DNA from: Planctomycetota bacterium
Lineage (GTDB): Bacteria > Planctomycetota > UBA11346
Direction: 5' to 3'
DNA: 64,000 nt
Assembly: GCA_038231435.1 (NCBI GenBank)
Contig: JBBRLJ010000027.1
Coordinates: forward strand, 14,517-78,516
The position numbers and the translations under genes are program-made. This document shows, one piece after another, positions 46,931 through 56,226 of this stretch (position 1 is the first letter of the stretch; every line of letters begins with the position of its first letter). The notes below the pieces were generated by a model. That model saw only the letters and a program-made list of their open reading frames with translations. It was not told the origin of the DNA and ran no database searches.

Positions 46931-48284
46931 TCACCCTACCGATCTCCCGCCGGTTCTTCCAGCGGACCTCCCGCCCGAGGATGCGAGCGGCATCGACGGC
47001 ATGATCGCCTCCCACCTCGACAATTCCCTGGAAGCGCCGCAGGCGAAGCGCCTGTTCGCCTCGCTCAAGGCGGATCCGCGGGCGCGGCGCATGCTGCTGA
47101 CTTCGGCAGTCCAGGCATCGGTGCTCGCGCGCGATGCGCTCGATGACAGCTCGCGTTCCACGGCCAGGTTTCCCGGCGCCGGCGCACGCGAGCCGCGTGG
47201 CGCGCGCCAGCCCATGGCCGGACCGCGCCGGCGAATGATGTGGGCCGCGATCGCCGCTGGCTTGGCAGTCGCGTCCGCAGTGTGGTGGACGCACGCTGAT
47301 CACAGCGAACACCTGCTGCGCTTAGACGCCAGCGTCGCGACCACCGCCATGCGCGGAGGAAGCCCCCTCGATCTGACCGGGGATCCGTGGCTGCGTCCTG
47401 GCGACCACATCGTCGTCGGAGCCGGCGAGGCAAAGCTCTCATGGCCCGACGAAGGCACTTCGGTGACGATCGGCTCAGGCTCGGAGCTCGACGTGGTGTC
47501 CGTCGACCACGCGAAGCAACTGCGGCTGCCGCGCGGGCGGATCACCGCCGAGGTCGCCACGCAGGGATCCGGACGAGGGTTCTCGATCGCCACAGCACGG
47601 GGTGAAATCTCGGTCGTCGGAACGCAGTTCGCCGTGGCCGCCGACGGCCGCGCCACCGCGGTGCACGTGGATCACGGCGTGGTGCGCGTCGCTCCGGCCG
47701 ACGGCTCGCCCGCGACCCCGGTCGAGGCCGGATTCGACGCGGTCTGCGACGGCCAGGGTCCGATCCGCGTCACCGCGGCACCCAAGGCCGACACGCCCTC
47801 GGCGCCCTCGGCGCAGAAGATGGTGCGCGTCGACGCCGCCTCCTTCGCCGCCTACACCGACCGCCTGGGGACCGTGGTCGGCGAGGACATCGTCGCCGCG
47901 AAAGGCAGCGTTCAGACGGGCGACGAGTCGGTGGTGAAGATCCAGTTCCGCGCGCCGGGCGGCGATCTGATGCCGATGGGGGCGGACTTCGCTTTGCATG
48001 CGTCGCTCGACGTGGATGAGCCCACGACGGTCGCGGTGCTGCTGGTGTACGAGCATCCCGAAGCCAGCGGCAGCTGGATGGGCAACGTGCAGGCCGAACG
48101 CCTGTTGACCAAGGGAGCCCACGACCTCGCCTTCACGTTCGGCGACTTTGCATGCAAGGCGGGCGAAGCGGCGACCCCACAGGCTCAGGCGCGGATCTCG
48201 ATGGTGGTGGTCATGGCATACAGCTCGACGGTGAAGCTGGCACTGCACGAGATCGAGCTGCGGGGCAGCGCTCCGCACCGCTGA
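46923..48284 (+). CDS. FecR-domain anti-sigma factor with C-terminal CBM-like domain
   Basis: Overlaps sigma stop; TM segment; L.RG.ITAEV..Q; FSIATARGEISVVGTQFAV; V.V.HG.V.V. Confidence 0.88.
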   Translation: MPDHPTDLPPVLPADLPPEDASGIDGMIASHLDNSLEAPQAKRLFASLKADPRARRMLLTSAVQASVLARDALDDSSRSTARFPGAGAREPRGARQPMAGPRRRMMWAAIAAGLAVASAVWWTHADHSEHLLRLDASVATTAMRGGSPLDLTGDPWLRPGDHIVVGAGEAKLSWPDEGTSVTIGSGSELDVVSVDHAKQLRLPRGRITAEVATQGSGRGFSIATARGEISVVGTQFAVAADGRATAVHVDHGVVRVAPADGSPATPVEAGFDAVCDGQGPIRVTAAPKADTPSAPSAQKMVRVDAASFAAYTDRLGTVVGEDIVAAKGSVQTGDESVVKIQFRAPGGDLMPMGADFALHASLDVDEPTTVAVLLVYEHPEASGSWMGNVQAERLLTKGAHDLAFTFGDFACKAGEAATPQAQARISMVVVMAYSSTVKLALHEIELRGSAPHR

Positions 48285-48306
48285 TCCGAGCCGCCATGGC
48301 GGCGGG

Positions 48307-49152
48307 TCAGCCGCGATGTTCACTCGGCGCACGATGGAAGTGCGCTCTGAACTGGCGCGCGAAGTAGTGCTGGTCGCGGAAGCCCGACTTCTGGGCGACC
48401 TCCCTGATCGAGAGATTGCGGTCGGCGAGGAGCAGCAGCGAGCGCTTCAGTCGTAGATTGATCACATAGCGCATCGGCGAGGTCCCGAAGCAGCGGCGGA
48501 ACTCCGCCGAGAACTGGGACACTCCGAAATCCGCTCGTGCGGCGAGCGCGTCCAGAGCGAACTCCTGGGCTGGATCGCCATCGATGAATTGGCGGACAGC
48601 CAACATGCGTTCTGGAATCGCCGCGGCGTGCGCAGAACCGCCCTGCGACGCGCGAAAGGCTTCGCGCAGCCACAGCGCGATCAGCCCCTCGAGGACCGCC
48701 GGATCGGGATGCCGGAAGCGCCCGATTTCGAGGCGGATCAGCCGCAGGTAGCGCAGCGCGAGCGAAGCGTCGGGCTGCGCGATCGGCTCTTGCAGACCCA
48801 GGCCGCTGGCGCCGATGCAGGTGCGCAGACGCGAGCCATGGCACAGCATCCAGGAATGCGTCCACCGCGCGCGCACGCTGCCGAAGTGGTGGGCGGTGCG
48901 CGGTGGCCACATCACCAGGGTGTGGGCGGGATGCTCGCGCAGCTCGCCGTTGAGCAGGATCTCGACGGGGTCGTGGAAATGGACGAACAGGTGATCCTCG
49001 GTGCCGTACGGCCGATGCACGCGCTTCGGCGGCAACACCTCGGCGATGCCCGAAGCTATCACTTCGACTTCGCTCGCGCCGTCGGAGCCGCTGGCACTCG
49101 ATGCCAGGATGGACACTGAGGCGGGTGATCTGGCGCGGGATTTGGCGTTCAT
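48307..49152 (-). CDS. AraC-family transcriptional regulator
   Basis: Cupin-like N-domain; LDALAA...S.F..EFRRCFGTSPMRYVINLRL; SIREVAQKSGFRDQHYFARQFR. Confidence 0.93.
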   Translation of the reverse strand: MNAKSRARSPASVSILASSASGSDGASEVEVIASGIAEVLPPKRVHRPYGTEDHLFVHFHDPVEILLNGELREHPAHTLVMWPPRTAHHFGSVRARWTHSWMLCHGSRLRTCIGASGLGLQEPIAQPDASLALRYLRLIRLEIGRFRHPDPAVLEGLIALWLREAFRASQGGSAHAAAIPERMLAVRQFIDGDPAQEFALDALAARADFGVSQFSAEFRRCFGTSPMRYVINLRLKRSLLLLADRNLSIREVAQKSGFRDQHYFARQFRAHFHRAPSEHRG

Positions 49153-49269
49153 CGTAAGATAGTCCACATGTTCTGGAACTCACGACCGTTGTAAACGGGG
49201 GAGTGGCGTACGATGGCGGTATCATCCGCTGCGCCGCGCCCGGCGCCGGATCGATCCATGGAGACCGAC

Positions 49270-50121
49270 ATGACCACCGCCATCCCTGCACTTCCAGCGT
49301 GCTCACCCGTACTGCCCAGCCTTGACGACAGCTACGCCGTGAGCTCTGACACCATCGCCGCATTCCGCCGTGACGGGCACGTGATGCTGCCGGGGCTCGC
49401 CAACCGCGACGAGGCTGCCGCCTACCGTCCGGTGATAGCCGAGGCCATCGCCGCTGATGTCGCGGCGCAGGTCCACGACCACGAGCTCAGTCTGGCGGAG
49501 CGACTGTTCCCCGGGATCGGACATCTGTGGAAGCGACACGAAGCGGTGAAGAGGTTCAGCTTCGCGCGCCGCTTCGCCAAGACCGTCGCCGAGCTCTTGG
49601 GCTGCAAGTCGCTGCGCATGTACCACGATGGATCGATGTTCAAGGCGCCTGGCGGGCCCGGAACACCATGGCATCAGGACGGCTTCTACATGCCGGTCGA
49701 CACCGACAAGGTGGTCACGCTGTGGATGCCGCTTATCGACGTGTCGGCGACGATGGGCACGCTGTCCTTCGCCTCCGGATCTCACCTCCACCGCAAGGTG
49801 CAGAAGGAGCCGCCCACCGATGACACCGCAGGGCACTTCGAGAACCTGATCGCCGAGCACCAGTGGCCGGTATGGTCGTGCGGCGACATGTCGGCCGGTG
49901 ACGCCTGCGTGCACAGCAAGTGGACGGTGCACCGCGTACCGCCCAATACGTCTGGACGCCTGCGCGAGGCGTTCTCGATCATCTACGTCGATGCCGAGGC
50001 GCGCCTGCTCGATTCGCAGGATCCGCTCGCCCGGGCGATGATCGGCTACAACCTCGGCGGGCTCCCCGGCGGCTCGCTGCCAGACGAGGCCCTGAATCCC
50101 ACCATCTATCGCGCCGGCTGA
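49270..50121 (+). CDS. PhyH-family Fe(II)/2-oxoglutarate dioxygenase
   Basis: GGAG RBS; FRRDGHV; TPWHQD; TLWMPL; GTLSFASGSH; AGD..H..W.VH...N.S..LR. Confidence 0.92.
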   Translation: MTTAIPALPACSPVLPSLDDSYAVSSDTIAAFRRDGHVMLPGLANRDEAAAYRPVIAEAIAADVAAQVHDHELSLAERLFPGIGHLWKRHEAVKRFSFARRFAKTVAELLGCKSLRMYHDGSMFKAPGGPGTPWHQDGFYMPVDTDKVVTLWMPLIDVSATMGTLSFASGSHLHRKVQKEPPTDDTAGHFENLIAEHQWPVWSCGDMSAGDACVHSKWTVHRVPPNTSGRLREAFSIIYVDAEARLLDSQDPLARAMIGYNLGGLPGGSLPDEALNPTIYRAG

Positions 50122-50172
50122 CGGCGACAGCAGCGTCGTAAAATCCACACCCGGTGCCGGCGTTGCCGGTGC

Positions 50173-53100
50173 TCAGGGGGCCGTTTCGCGCAAGCGCCAG
50201 GCGATGAACTCGCTGGGAACGCCTTCGTCGTCGTGCAGATGCGGCGGCAGCGCGACGATCTCGCGATAATGGACATGGGCGGCCGCGCGGTCGCCGTCCA
50301 TCTCCGCCCGCATCGCCTGGACCAGCAGCAGGTTCGCGCGCATGCGCCGCTTGAACGGCTGGGCCTGGAACGCTTCGTCATTCATCGCGCCGGCGAGGAA
50401 GAGCGCGTAATACGCGGGGCGCTGGCCGCAGGTGAGGCGCTGCTCCGTGGCGATCTCCTTCAACCGCTCACGGATGCCGGGCACGCCATCCAAGGCATCG
50501 AGGAAGGACGGGAGGATCCAACGCGCGAAGAACACCCAGTCGTCGTGGTCGGAGACGCGCTGGTCGATCAGCACCTTGATGAGCGCTCTGGCCTCGGCTT
50601 TATGTCCGTCGGCGTAGCGGTGCAGGGCGGTGATCCATGGATAGTAGTACTCGCTAGGGTGGTCGAGGAGCTCTTCGTAGCGACCCAGCGCCACCAAGGC
50701 TTCGCAGGTCATCCTCTCGGTGGCGGGATGCGCGAGGATCTCGGCTGGGCGTCCGAGCTTGAGCAGCGCGCGATCGACGGCCTGGGGATCATCGGGCGGT
50801 GACGCCAGGATCTCCTCCCAACGCCCGGCGCGCAGCTGCCATTCGAAGAAGTGCCGCAGATGTTCCGGTGCGTCGTCGATCCTGCCCAACTCGTACAAGG
50901 TCTGGCAGAGGGCGTATCCGTCCATGTCGGGATCCTTGCAGAGCTCCTCGGCCCTGCCGCTATCCATCAGCGCGACGGAACGGGCTCCGACCAGATGCGG
51001 ATAGAGCCGCAGCACCTCGTCGTATCGGCCTTGGGCGTTCAGCGCGTCCGCGCATGCGTAATCGTTCTCGATGCGCTCCAGGACAACGTCGTTCGCGCCG
51101 AGGTACGTGAGCAACCGCCCGTAGTTCACGCTGACGTTGTCCATCGGAGCTCCGGACAGTCCGCTCAGCTCCTTGAGCGCATCATAATGAGAGATCAGAC
51201 GGGGAACGATATCGACAGGGTACGGGGCGTCCCCGACCTTCAGGATCGGCTGCGGCGCGAGATCGACTGCGTAACGCTCGGTCGCATCGAAGAACATCCG
51301 CCTGAGCGCCGGATGGCCGCGGCGTTCCTTGATGCTCGCCTCGATCGCTTCGGCGGAAGCGACGTCGCCGTGCAGCCGCAAGACGCGCGCGCGCTCGTAC
51401 CAGGACTGGGGAACCAGGTAATGGGACGGATAATCCCGCTCGAAACGTTCCATTCCGGCGATCCCGGCGGCCTCGTTCCCGCCACGCAGGTCGCACAAGG
51501 CCATGCGAAACAGCGCGTCGGAAGCCATTGTGGAACCACGGTAGGTGTCATGGATCTCGGCGTACTGGGTCCGGGCGTCCACGTAGAGCCGCATGCGGAA
51601 CAAGCGATCGGCGATCGCACTCGCCGGCACCAGCTGAGGTACCGGCCGCGATGAGATCCGGATCGACGAGATGGCAACCTCGCCACCCGAGCACGTGTCA
51701 AAGCCGAATCCGGTCCCGATGGGGGCGTCGATGGTATCGCGGTCGTAAGCGTCGATCAGCGAGGCTCCATCGATGCTCAGCGAGACATGATGCTCTTCGC
51801 GCTCCATGACGAAATGGTAACGGACGCCGATGCGCAGCGGCGCCGGGAGCTTCGCGCGCTGGTAGGCCCCCTCGCTCGCCCGCGTCAAGGTGACCGAGGT
51901 CGGATCGCCGAATCCGCCAACGTGGAAAGTATACCCATCGAGGCGGTTGCCGGCGCTGATGAAGCAATTGAGGTCCATCCGTCGATTGAGCAGCGTGGCA
52001 TCCCACTCGACACGCGCGCCGCCTTGGAATGGATGCGAGAAGGACAGGTCGGTGAACGCCGCCGGGGTCGAGCGGATCACGGTGCCTTCCTGGCCGTACG
52101 CGAAGAACGTCGTGTCGTCGAGCGGCGCCGGGCCGGGCTTCACCGATGCCCACGGCATGGTCTGGCCGACCCAGGCCTTCGACATCTCCACCGCGTCCTT
52201 CCCCGATGACGAGTAGACCAACCGCCAGGCGCTGCGTCGTTTAGCATCCTCGACCAGGACCACGACCACCAGCGCGGTGAGCATCGCCAACGCTACGGTT
52301 CCGAACCAGAACGCGGCGACGTGACGCCGGTACCAGCGCCGGGCGGCCACCATCGTGCTGTCGCGATGGGCGCTGACCGATAATCCGGCCTGGTACGACT
52401 CGAGATCGCGGATCATTCCAGGCAGGTCCGGATACCTGTCAGCGGCGTTCGGGGCCATCGCCTTCATGGCGATGGCGATCAGCGGCTCGGGCGCGGCGTC
52501 GCGGTCGGCCGGGGTGAGCGGATCCATCTCGCCGCGGCACCGCTTGGCGACGAAGGTCTCGGGATCGTCGTTCCAGGTCGGGTAACGCAAGGTCAGCGCG
52601 TGGAACAGCGAGGCGCCGATGCAGAAGATGTCGCTGCGCGCGTCCACCACTTCCCGCCGCGCCTGCTCGGGGCTCATGTAGAGCGGCGTCCCGTAGGTGC
52701 CATCGGCCACCATCTGGCCGCGGAATGCGCAGCCCCAATCGAGCACCAGCACCTCGCCGAATTCTCCGATGAGGATGTTCTCCGGCTTGATGTCCTGATG
52801 CACGATCTCGCGGTGATGCGCGAACGCCACGGCGTTGCAGACATCGATGAAGATAGTGACGATGAGGTTGATGCGCGCGGCGCCGTGGCTGCCGAGGGGA
52901 TGGGCCGGGTCTCCCAATGCCGAGGCGAGCGTCCGTCCGTGCACGTGGCCCATGCTGAAATAGGGCCGCCCATCCTCGGTCACATCGACATCGTACACTG
53001 GGAGCACGTTCGGATGCTGGATCGAGGCCGTGAGGCGGGCTTCGTGCAGGAAATTTCGCAAGGCCTGGGGATCGCGGCTGGCTTCGGCATTGAGGATCTT

Positions 53101-53304
53101 CACCGCGACGCGACGCTCGAGTTCGCCGTCGGCGACCGAGAACACCTCGCCGCTCGAGCCGATGCCTAGCAGATGCTCCACGAGGAAGCGTCGCTCGGCG
53201 GCCATGCCGGCCTCGGGAAACCGGCCGCTCAATCCGGCTCGCGGCAAGAGCGGCGTGGATCCGTGGCCCTCCTGGCTAGATGCACTGTCCTGGTTCACTG
53301 GCAT
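50173..53304 (-). CDS. Membrane Ser/Thr protein kinase (non-RD) with extracytoplasmic ConA/LamG-like and TPR-like regions
   Basis: LGIGSSGEV; VAVKIL; HPNVLPVY; HQDIKPEN; DWG; GTPLYMSPEQ; TM AFWFGTVALAMLTALVVVVL; ALFRMALC TPR-like helix. Confidence 0.92.
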   Translation of the reverse strand: MPVNQDSASSQEGHGSTPLLPRAGLSGRFPEAGMAAERRFLVEHLLGIGSSGEVFSVADGELERRVAVKILNAEASRDPQALRNFLHEARLTASIQHPNVLPVYDVDVTEDGRPYFSMGHVHGRTLASALGDPAHPLGSHGAARINLIVTIFIDVCNAVAFAHHREIVHQDIKPENILIGEFGEVLVLDWGCAFRGQMVADGTYGTPLYMSPEQARREVVDARSDIFCIGASLFHALTLRYPTWNDDPETFVAKRCRGEMDPLTPADRDAAPEPLIAIAMKAMAPNAADRYPDLPGMIRDLESYQAGLSVSAHRDSTMVAARRWYRRHVAAFWFGTVALAMLTALVVVVLVEDAKRRSAWRLVYSSSGKDAVEMSKAWVGQTMPWASVKPGPAPLDDTTFFAYGQEGTVIRSTPAAFTDLSFSHPFQGGARVEWDATLLNRRMDLNCFISAGNRLDGYTFHVGGFGDPTSVTLTRASEGAYQRAKLPAPLRIGVRYHFVMEREEHHVSLSIDGASLIDAYDRDTIDAPIGTGFGFDTCSGGEVAISSIRISSRPVPQLVPASAIADRLFRMRLYVDARTQYAEIHDTYRGSTMASDALFRMALCDLRGGNEAAGIAGMERFERDYPSHYLVPQSWYERARVLRLHGDVASAEAIEASIKERRGHPALRRMFFDATERYAVDLAPQPILKVGDAPYPVDIVPRLISHYDALKELSGLSGAPMDNVSVNYGRLLTYLGANDVVLERIENDYACADALNAQGRYDEVLRLYPHLVGARSVALMDSGRAEELCKDPDMDGYALCQTLYELGRIDDAPEHLRHFFEWQLRAGRWEEILASPPDDPQAVDRALLKLGRPAEILAHPATERMTCEALVALGRYEELLDHPSEYYYPWITALHRYADGHKAEARALIKVLIDQRVSDHDDWVFFARWILPSFLDALDGVPGIRERLKEIATEQRLTCGQRPAYYALFLAGAMNDEAFQAQPFKRRMRANLLLVQAMRAEMDGDRAAAHVHYREIVALPPHLHDDEGVPSEFIAWRLRETAP

Positions 53305-53664
53305 GCGGTCCTCAAGTATACCCTACGCATCCACATACGGCTGGCCCTGGCCACGCATATCCCATGTCGATCAGACCACCTCCGTACGACCCGGCCGGAT
53401 ACTGGCGCAGGCGCGCGTGGCCGCACATCAGCTTCTGGCTCGTCGACATGTTGGCCCCCGCGCCTTTTGTCGCTCCTCTGGTCACGCACTCCGGAGCTCG
53501 GCGCGCGCTCGCGGCTTACGCCGCTCGGGATCGAGCGGGGCGCTGCCTCAGGAGAACTTCCACGACCCACGTGACTTCCGCTGTCCTCTCGTCTTCTAGC
53601 CTTCTTGCATGCATGTCTTGCCACCGTTGAGCTCCCCTTCCCTCGTTGAGCACTGACAACGCCC

Positions 53665-56154
53665 TCACTTCGCCTTACCCTCCTTCGACTTCCCATTCAC
53701 ATCCGAGCGCGCTGGAGCCGCGGGCTTCGCGGTGGCGAGCCCGGGCCGCCCAGCCAGGTATCCCCAGGTCCAGGTGCTCTCGTCCCAGATGTCCACGGTG
53801 AATTCGTTCAGCATGATGAAGCAGTAGGTGTCGGTGTAGGACTCGGTGACCGGCCACTTCTGATAATGCGGCCACATCACCAGGTCGAGGCGCGGCACGA
53901 TCCAGTCGATGCCGGTGACCGGGAAGTTCGCATGGTCCACGATGCCGTACGGCGTGATGCCCTCGGGCGCGGGCTGGCCGCTGGTGCGCGAATCCAGCTT
54001 CAATGGATGACGGATCGAGTTTGGGCCGAGACCGGTGGTGCACACCAGGTTGTCGGGGTTGGCGCCCGAGCTGAACTGGCAGGCGCGCACGCCGGCCGCC
54101 AGGTACGCGGGGTTGTGGGTGAGGTGGTAGGCACGCAAGACCGTGTGGCCATCCCACGGTGTCGAATAGAAGCCCATGAACATCGGACGGTATTTGTCGC
54201 TGCAGTGGATGTCGAACGCATTGCCGTCGGCATAGGCCATGGCCTTCCTGGCTAACATCTCGAGCCCTTGGACCGCGTGCTTGCGCACCTCCGGGTCGGT
54301 GAGCGTCTCGTCGGCCAGGGCATAGGCGAAGGCGGCGTCGCTCTGCGCCGCCTTGGTCCATTGGAACAGGTTCGGCGCGTCCTGGTTCAGGATGGTGTTC
54401 TCCATGAACACGTCGTGCCAGTGCTTGTCCCGCGTGAGGCGAAGCATCTCGATGGCCGCGAGGTTGCGCGCGTCGCGCAGCGTCCACACCAGATCGGCCA
54501 TGGTCTTGCCCTTCTCCTTCATCTGTCGCGACAGTTCGCTCTCGGCAAAGGACATGGCCTTCGCGGCGGAATCGGCGTAGACCTTCGCCACGGCGGCATC
54601 GTAAGGCTTGAGCAAGCGACCCGCGCGCGCGGCAACCGATGCGTAGAGCCACGAATTGCCCGCGTCCGGCGCGGCCATGTACACTGGCAGCACCTTGCTG
54701 TGCCAGCTGACCTGGCCCATGCCACCGTCTCCGATCGTCTCGAGACCGTAGCCGATGCCGCCATCCGGAGTCTGCATGCGACGGAAGCAGTCGATCTCGA
54801 ACAGCGCCTCGTTGAAGAGATCGGGGACGGGGTAGTCGCGCGGGATGTTCAGCTTCAACTTGGCAACGAACTCGGGGCACAGGTCCGCGACTTCCAGCTG
54901 CGCGAGCGTGGCACGCATGTGCGTGACGCGGCGTGGATTCCAATCCCCGGCGTCCATCCAGCCGCCCCAGGCATTGGTCACCTTCTCGGTGGTGGCAAGC
55001 TCCTTCAATCCCTTCTGGACGTCGGCCTCGCCGGAACCCTCCCAGATGCTCTGGGAGTAGGCGGATCGCAACACCACGACCCCGTCATCGGGATGATGAT
55101 CGCGCGGCTTGACGAAGGTAGTGAACGGCGGACCGAGGGCGATGCCGCTGCGCTGGTGCAAGAAGCCGCGCATCTGCACCGTGAACGCGCGTTTCCAGGT
55201 GTCGGTGCCGTCGTCGATGGCGAAGGGATAACCGCAGCCGATGCCATCGACATACAGCCGGTAGCGCCCGGGCTTGGTGAACGCCGAGAAATCCATGCGC
55301 AGCACATCGGTGCCGTTGAAGTTCACCTCCTTCAGCATCAGTTCCACGTCGACGGCACGCTTGGCCATCTCGACCTGCCCGGTGAACACTTCGGCGCCAC
55401 TGGCGTCGTCGAGCAGACGGAATTTCAGGCCCGCGGGATAGCTGTAGGCGCCGCCCTGGTCGGAGCCCGACGCGGGCCCCAGCCAGATCGACAGGTAGCC
55501 GCGCTTGACGGGATCGTCGACGCGGTAGCCGATCTGGGTGGTGTGCACCGCCAGCGAACGCGTGGTTCGCGTGGCGTTGGCGAAGGTCAGCTCCGGTGTC
55601 CGTACGTTCAGTCCGGTGCAAACGACGCGGTAGTGCGCGCCCTCGACCAGCGGTGACGGCAGGCTCAGGAAGAGCACGTGACGCGCCGGTGGTTGCATCC
55701 AGTCGTAGTCGGTGGGCTTGCTCTTGCGATGCACCGCGAGCGGATGCGGGCCCGCGGCGTACGCCGGGTCGTCGCTGGAATGTATGGCGTAGCTGGCCGC
55801 GTCGTCAGCCGGCGCGGTGCGAAAGGCGTCTCCGAACGTGTGCGATGGAGTGATCACCTGGCGCTTGTCGCCGTCGCCCACCACCTCGCCGCAGGCCGCG
55901 CCCGCGCGCATCAGCGTGGAGACCTCGTTGGCCTGGGTGATCTGGTCGCCCGCCTGGGGCACGTAATCCACGACCGCGCCGAGCACGATCGTGCCCGCCT
56001 CGATGGTGATGGCGAGCACGTCGGGCGCGACCAGGCAGGTCCCGGTAACCCGTGGCAGCGGATCGTCTGCGACCACCGCGTCAGCGGCCCACACGCTTGT
56101 GACGCACCCCCAGGCCAAGCAGAGCGGCGCGATCCAGGCGGGACGGATAAGCAT
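53665..56154 (-). CDS. GH9 glycoside hydrolase, paralogue of 43624-46059
   Basis: Signal peptide; TQIGYR; MDFSAFTKPGRYRL; HQRSG; GGWMDAGDWN; GANP...TGLG...HPL; LNEFTV. Confidence 0.9.
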   Translation of the reverse strand: MLIRPAWIAPLCLAWGCVTSVWAADAVVADDPLPRVTGTCLVAPDVLAITIEAGTIVLGAVVDYVPQAGDQITQANEVSTLMRAGAACGEVVGDGDKRQVITPSHTFGDAFRTAPADDAASYAIHSSDDPAYAAGPHPLAVHRKSKPTDYDWMQPPARHVLFLSLPSPLVEGAHYRVVCTGLNVRTPELTFANATRTTRSLAVHTTQIGYRVDDPVKRGYLSIWLGPASGSDQGGAYSYPAGLKFRLLDDASGAEVFTGQVEMAKRAVDVELMLKEVNFNGTDVLRMDFSAFTKPGRYRLYVDGIGCGYPFAIDDGTDTWKRAFTVQMRGFLHQRSGIALGPPFTTFVKPRDHHPDDGVVVLRSAYSQSIWEGSGEADVQKGLKELATTEKVTNAWGGWMDAGDWNPRRVTHMRATLAQLEVADLCPEFVAKLKLNIPRDYPVPDLFNEALFEIDCFRRMQTPDGGIGYGLETIGDGGMGQVSWHSKVLPVYMAAPDAGNSWLYASVAARAGRLLKPYDAAVAKVYADSAAKAMSFAESELSRQMKEKGKTMADLVWTLRDARNLAAIEMLRLTRDKHWHDVFMENTILNQDAPNLFQWTKAAQSDAAFAYALADETLTDPEVRKHAVQGLEMLARKAMAYADGNAFDIHCSDKYRPMFMGFYSTPWDGHTVLRAYHLTHNPAYLAAGVRACQFSSGANPDNLVCTTGLGPNSIRHPLKLDSRTSGQPAPEGITPYGIVDHANFPVTGIDWIVPRLDLVMWPHYQKWPVTESYTDTYCFIMLNEFTVDIWDESTWTWGYLAGRPGLATAKPAAPARSDVNGKSKEGKAK

Positions 56155-56226
56155 GGTGGTTCCTTGCGAGTGGGACGCTGAGCGGCGCTGAGCCGTGACT
56201 ACGGGCGGCTTCCGGGCGTGGGCAGC

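Noticed and set aside
53305..53664. 360-bp intergenic region as an ncRNA/riboswitch or small CDS
   Set aside because: No recognisable RNA motif by eye, and the overlapping ORFs lack coding character. An Rfam/Infernal scan would settle it.
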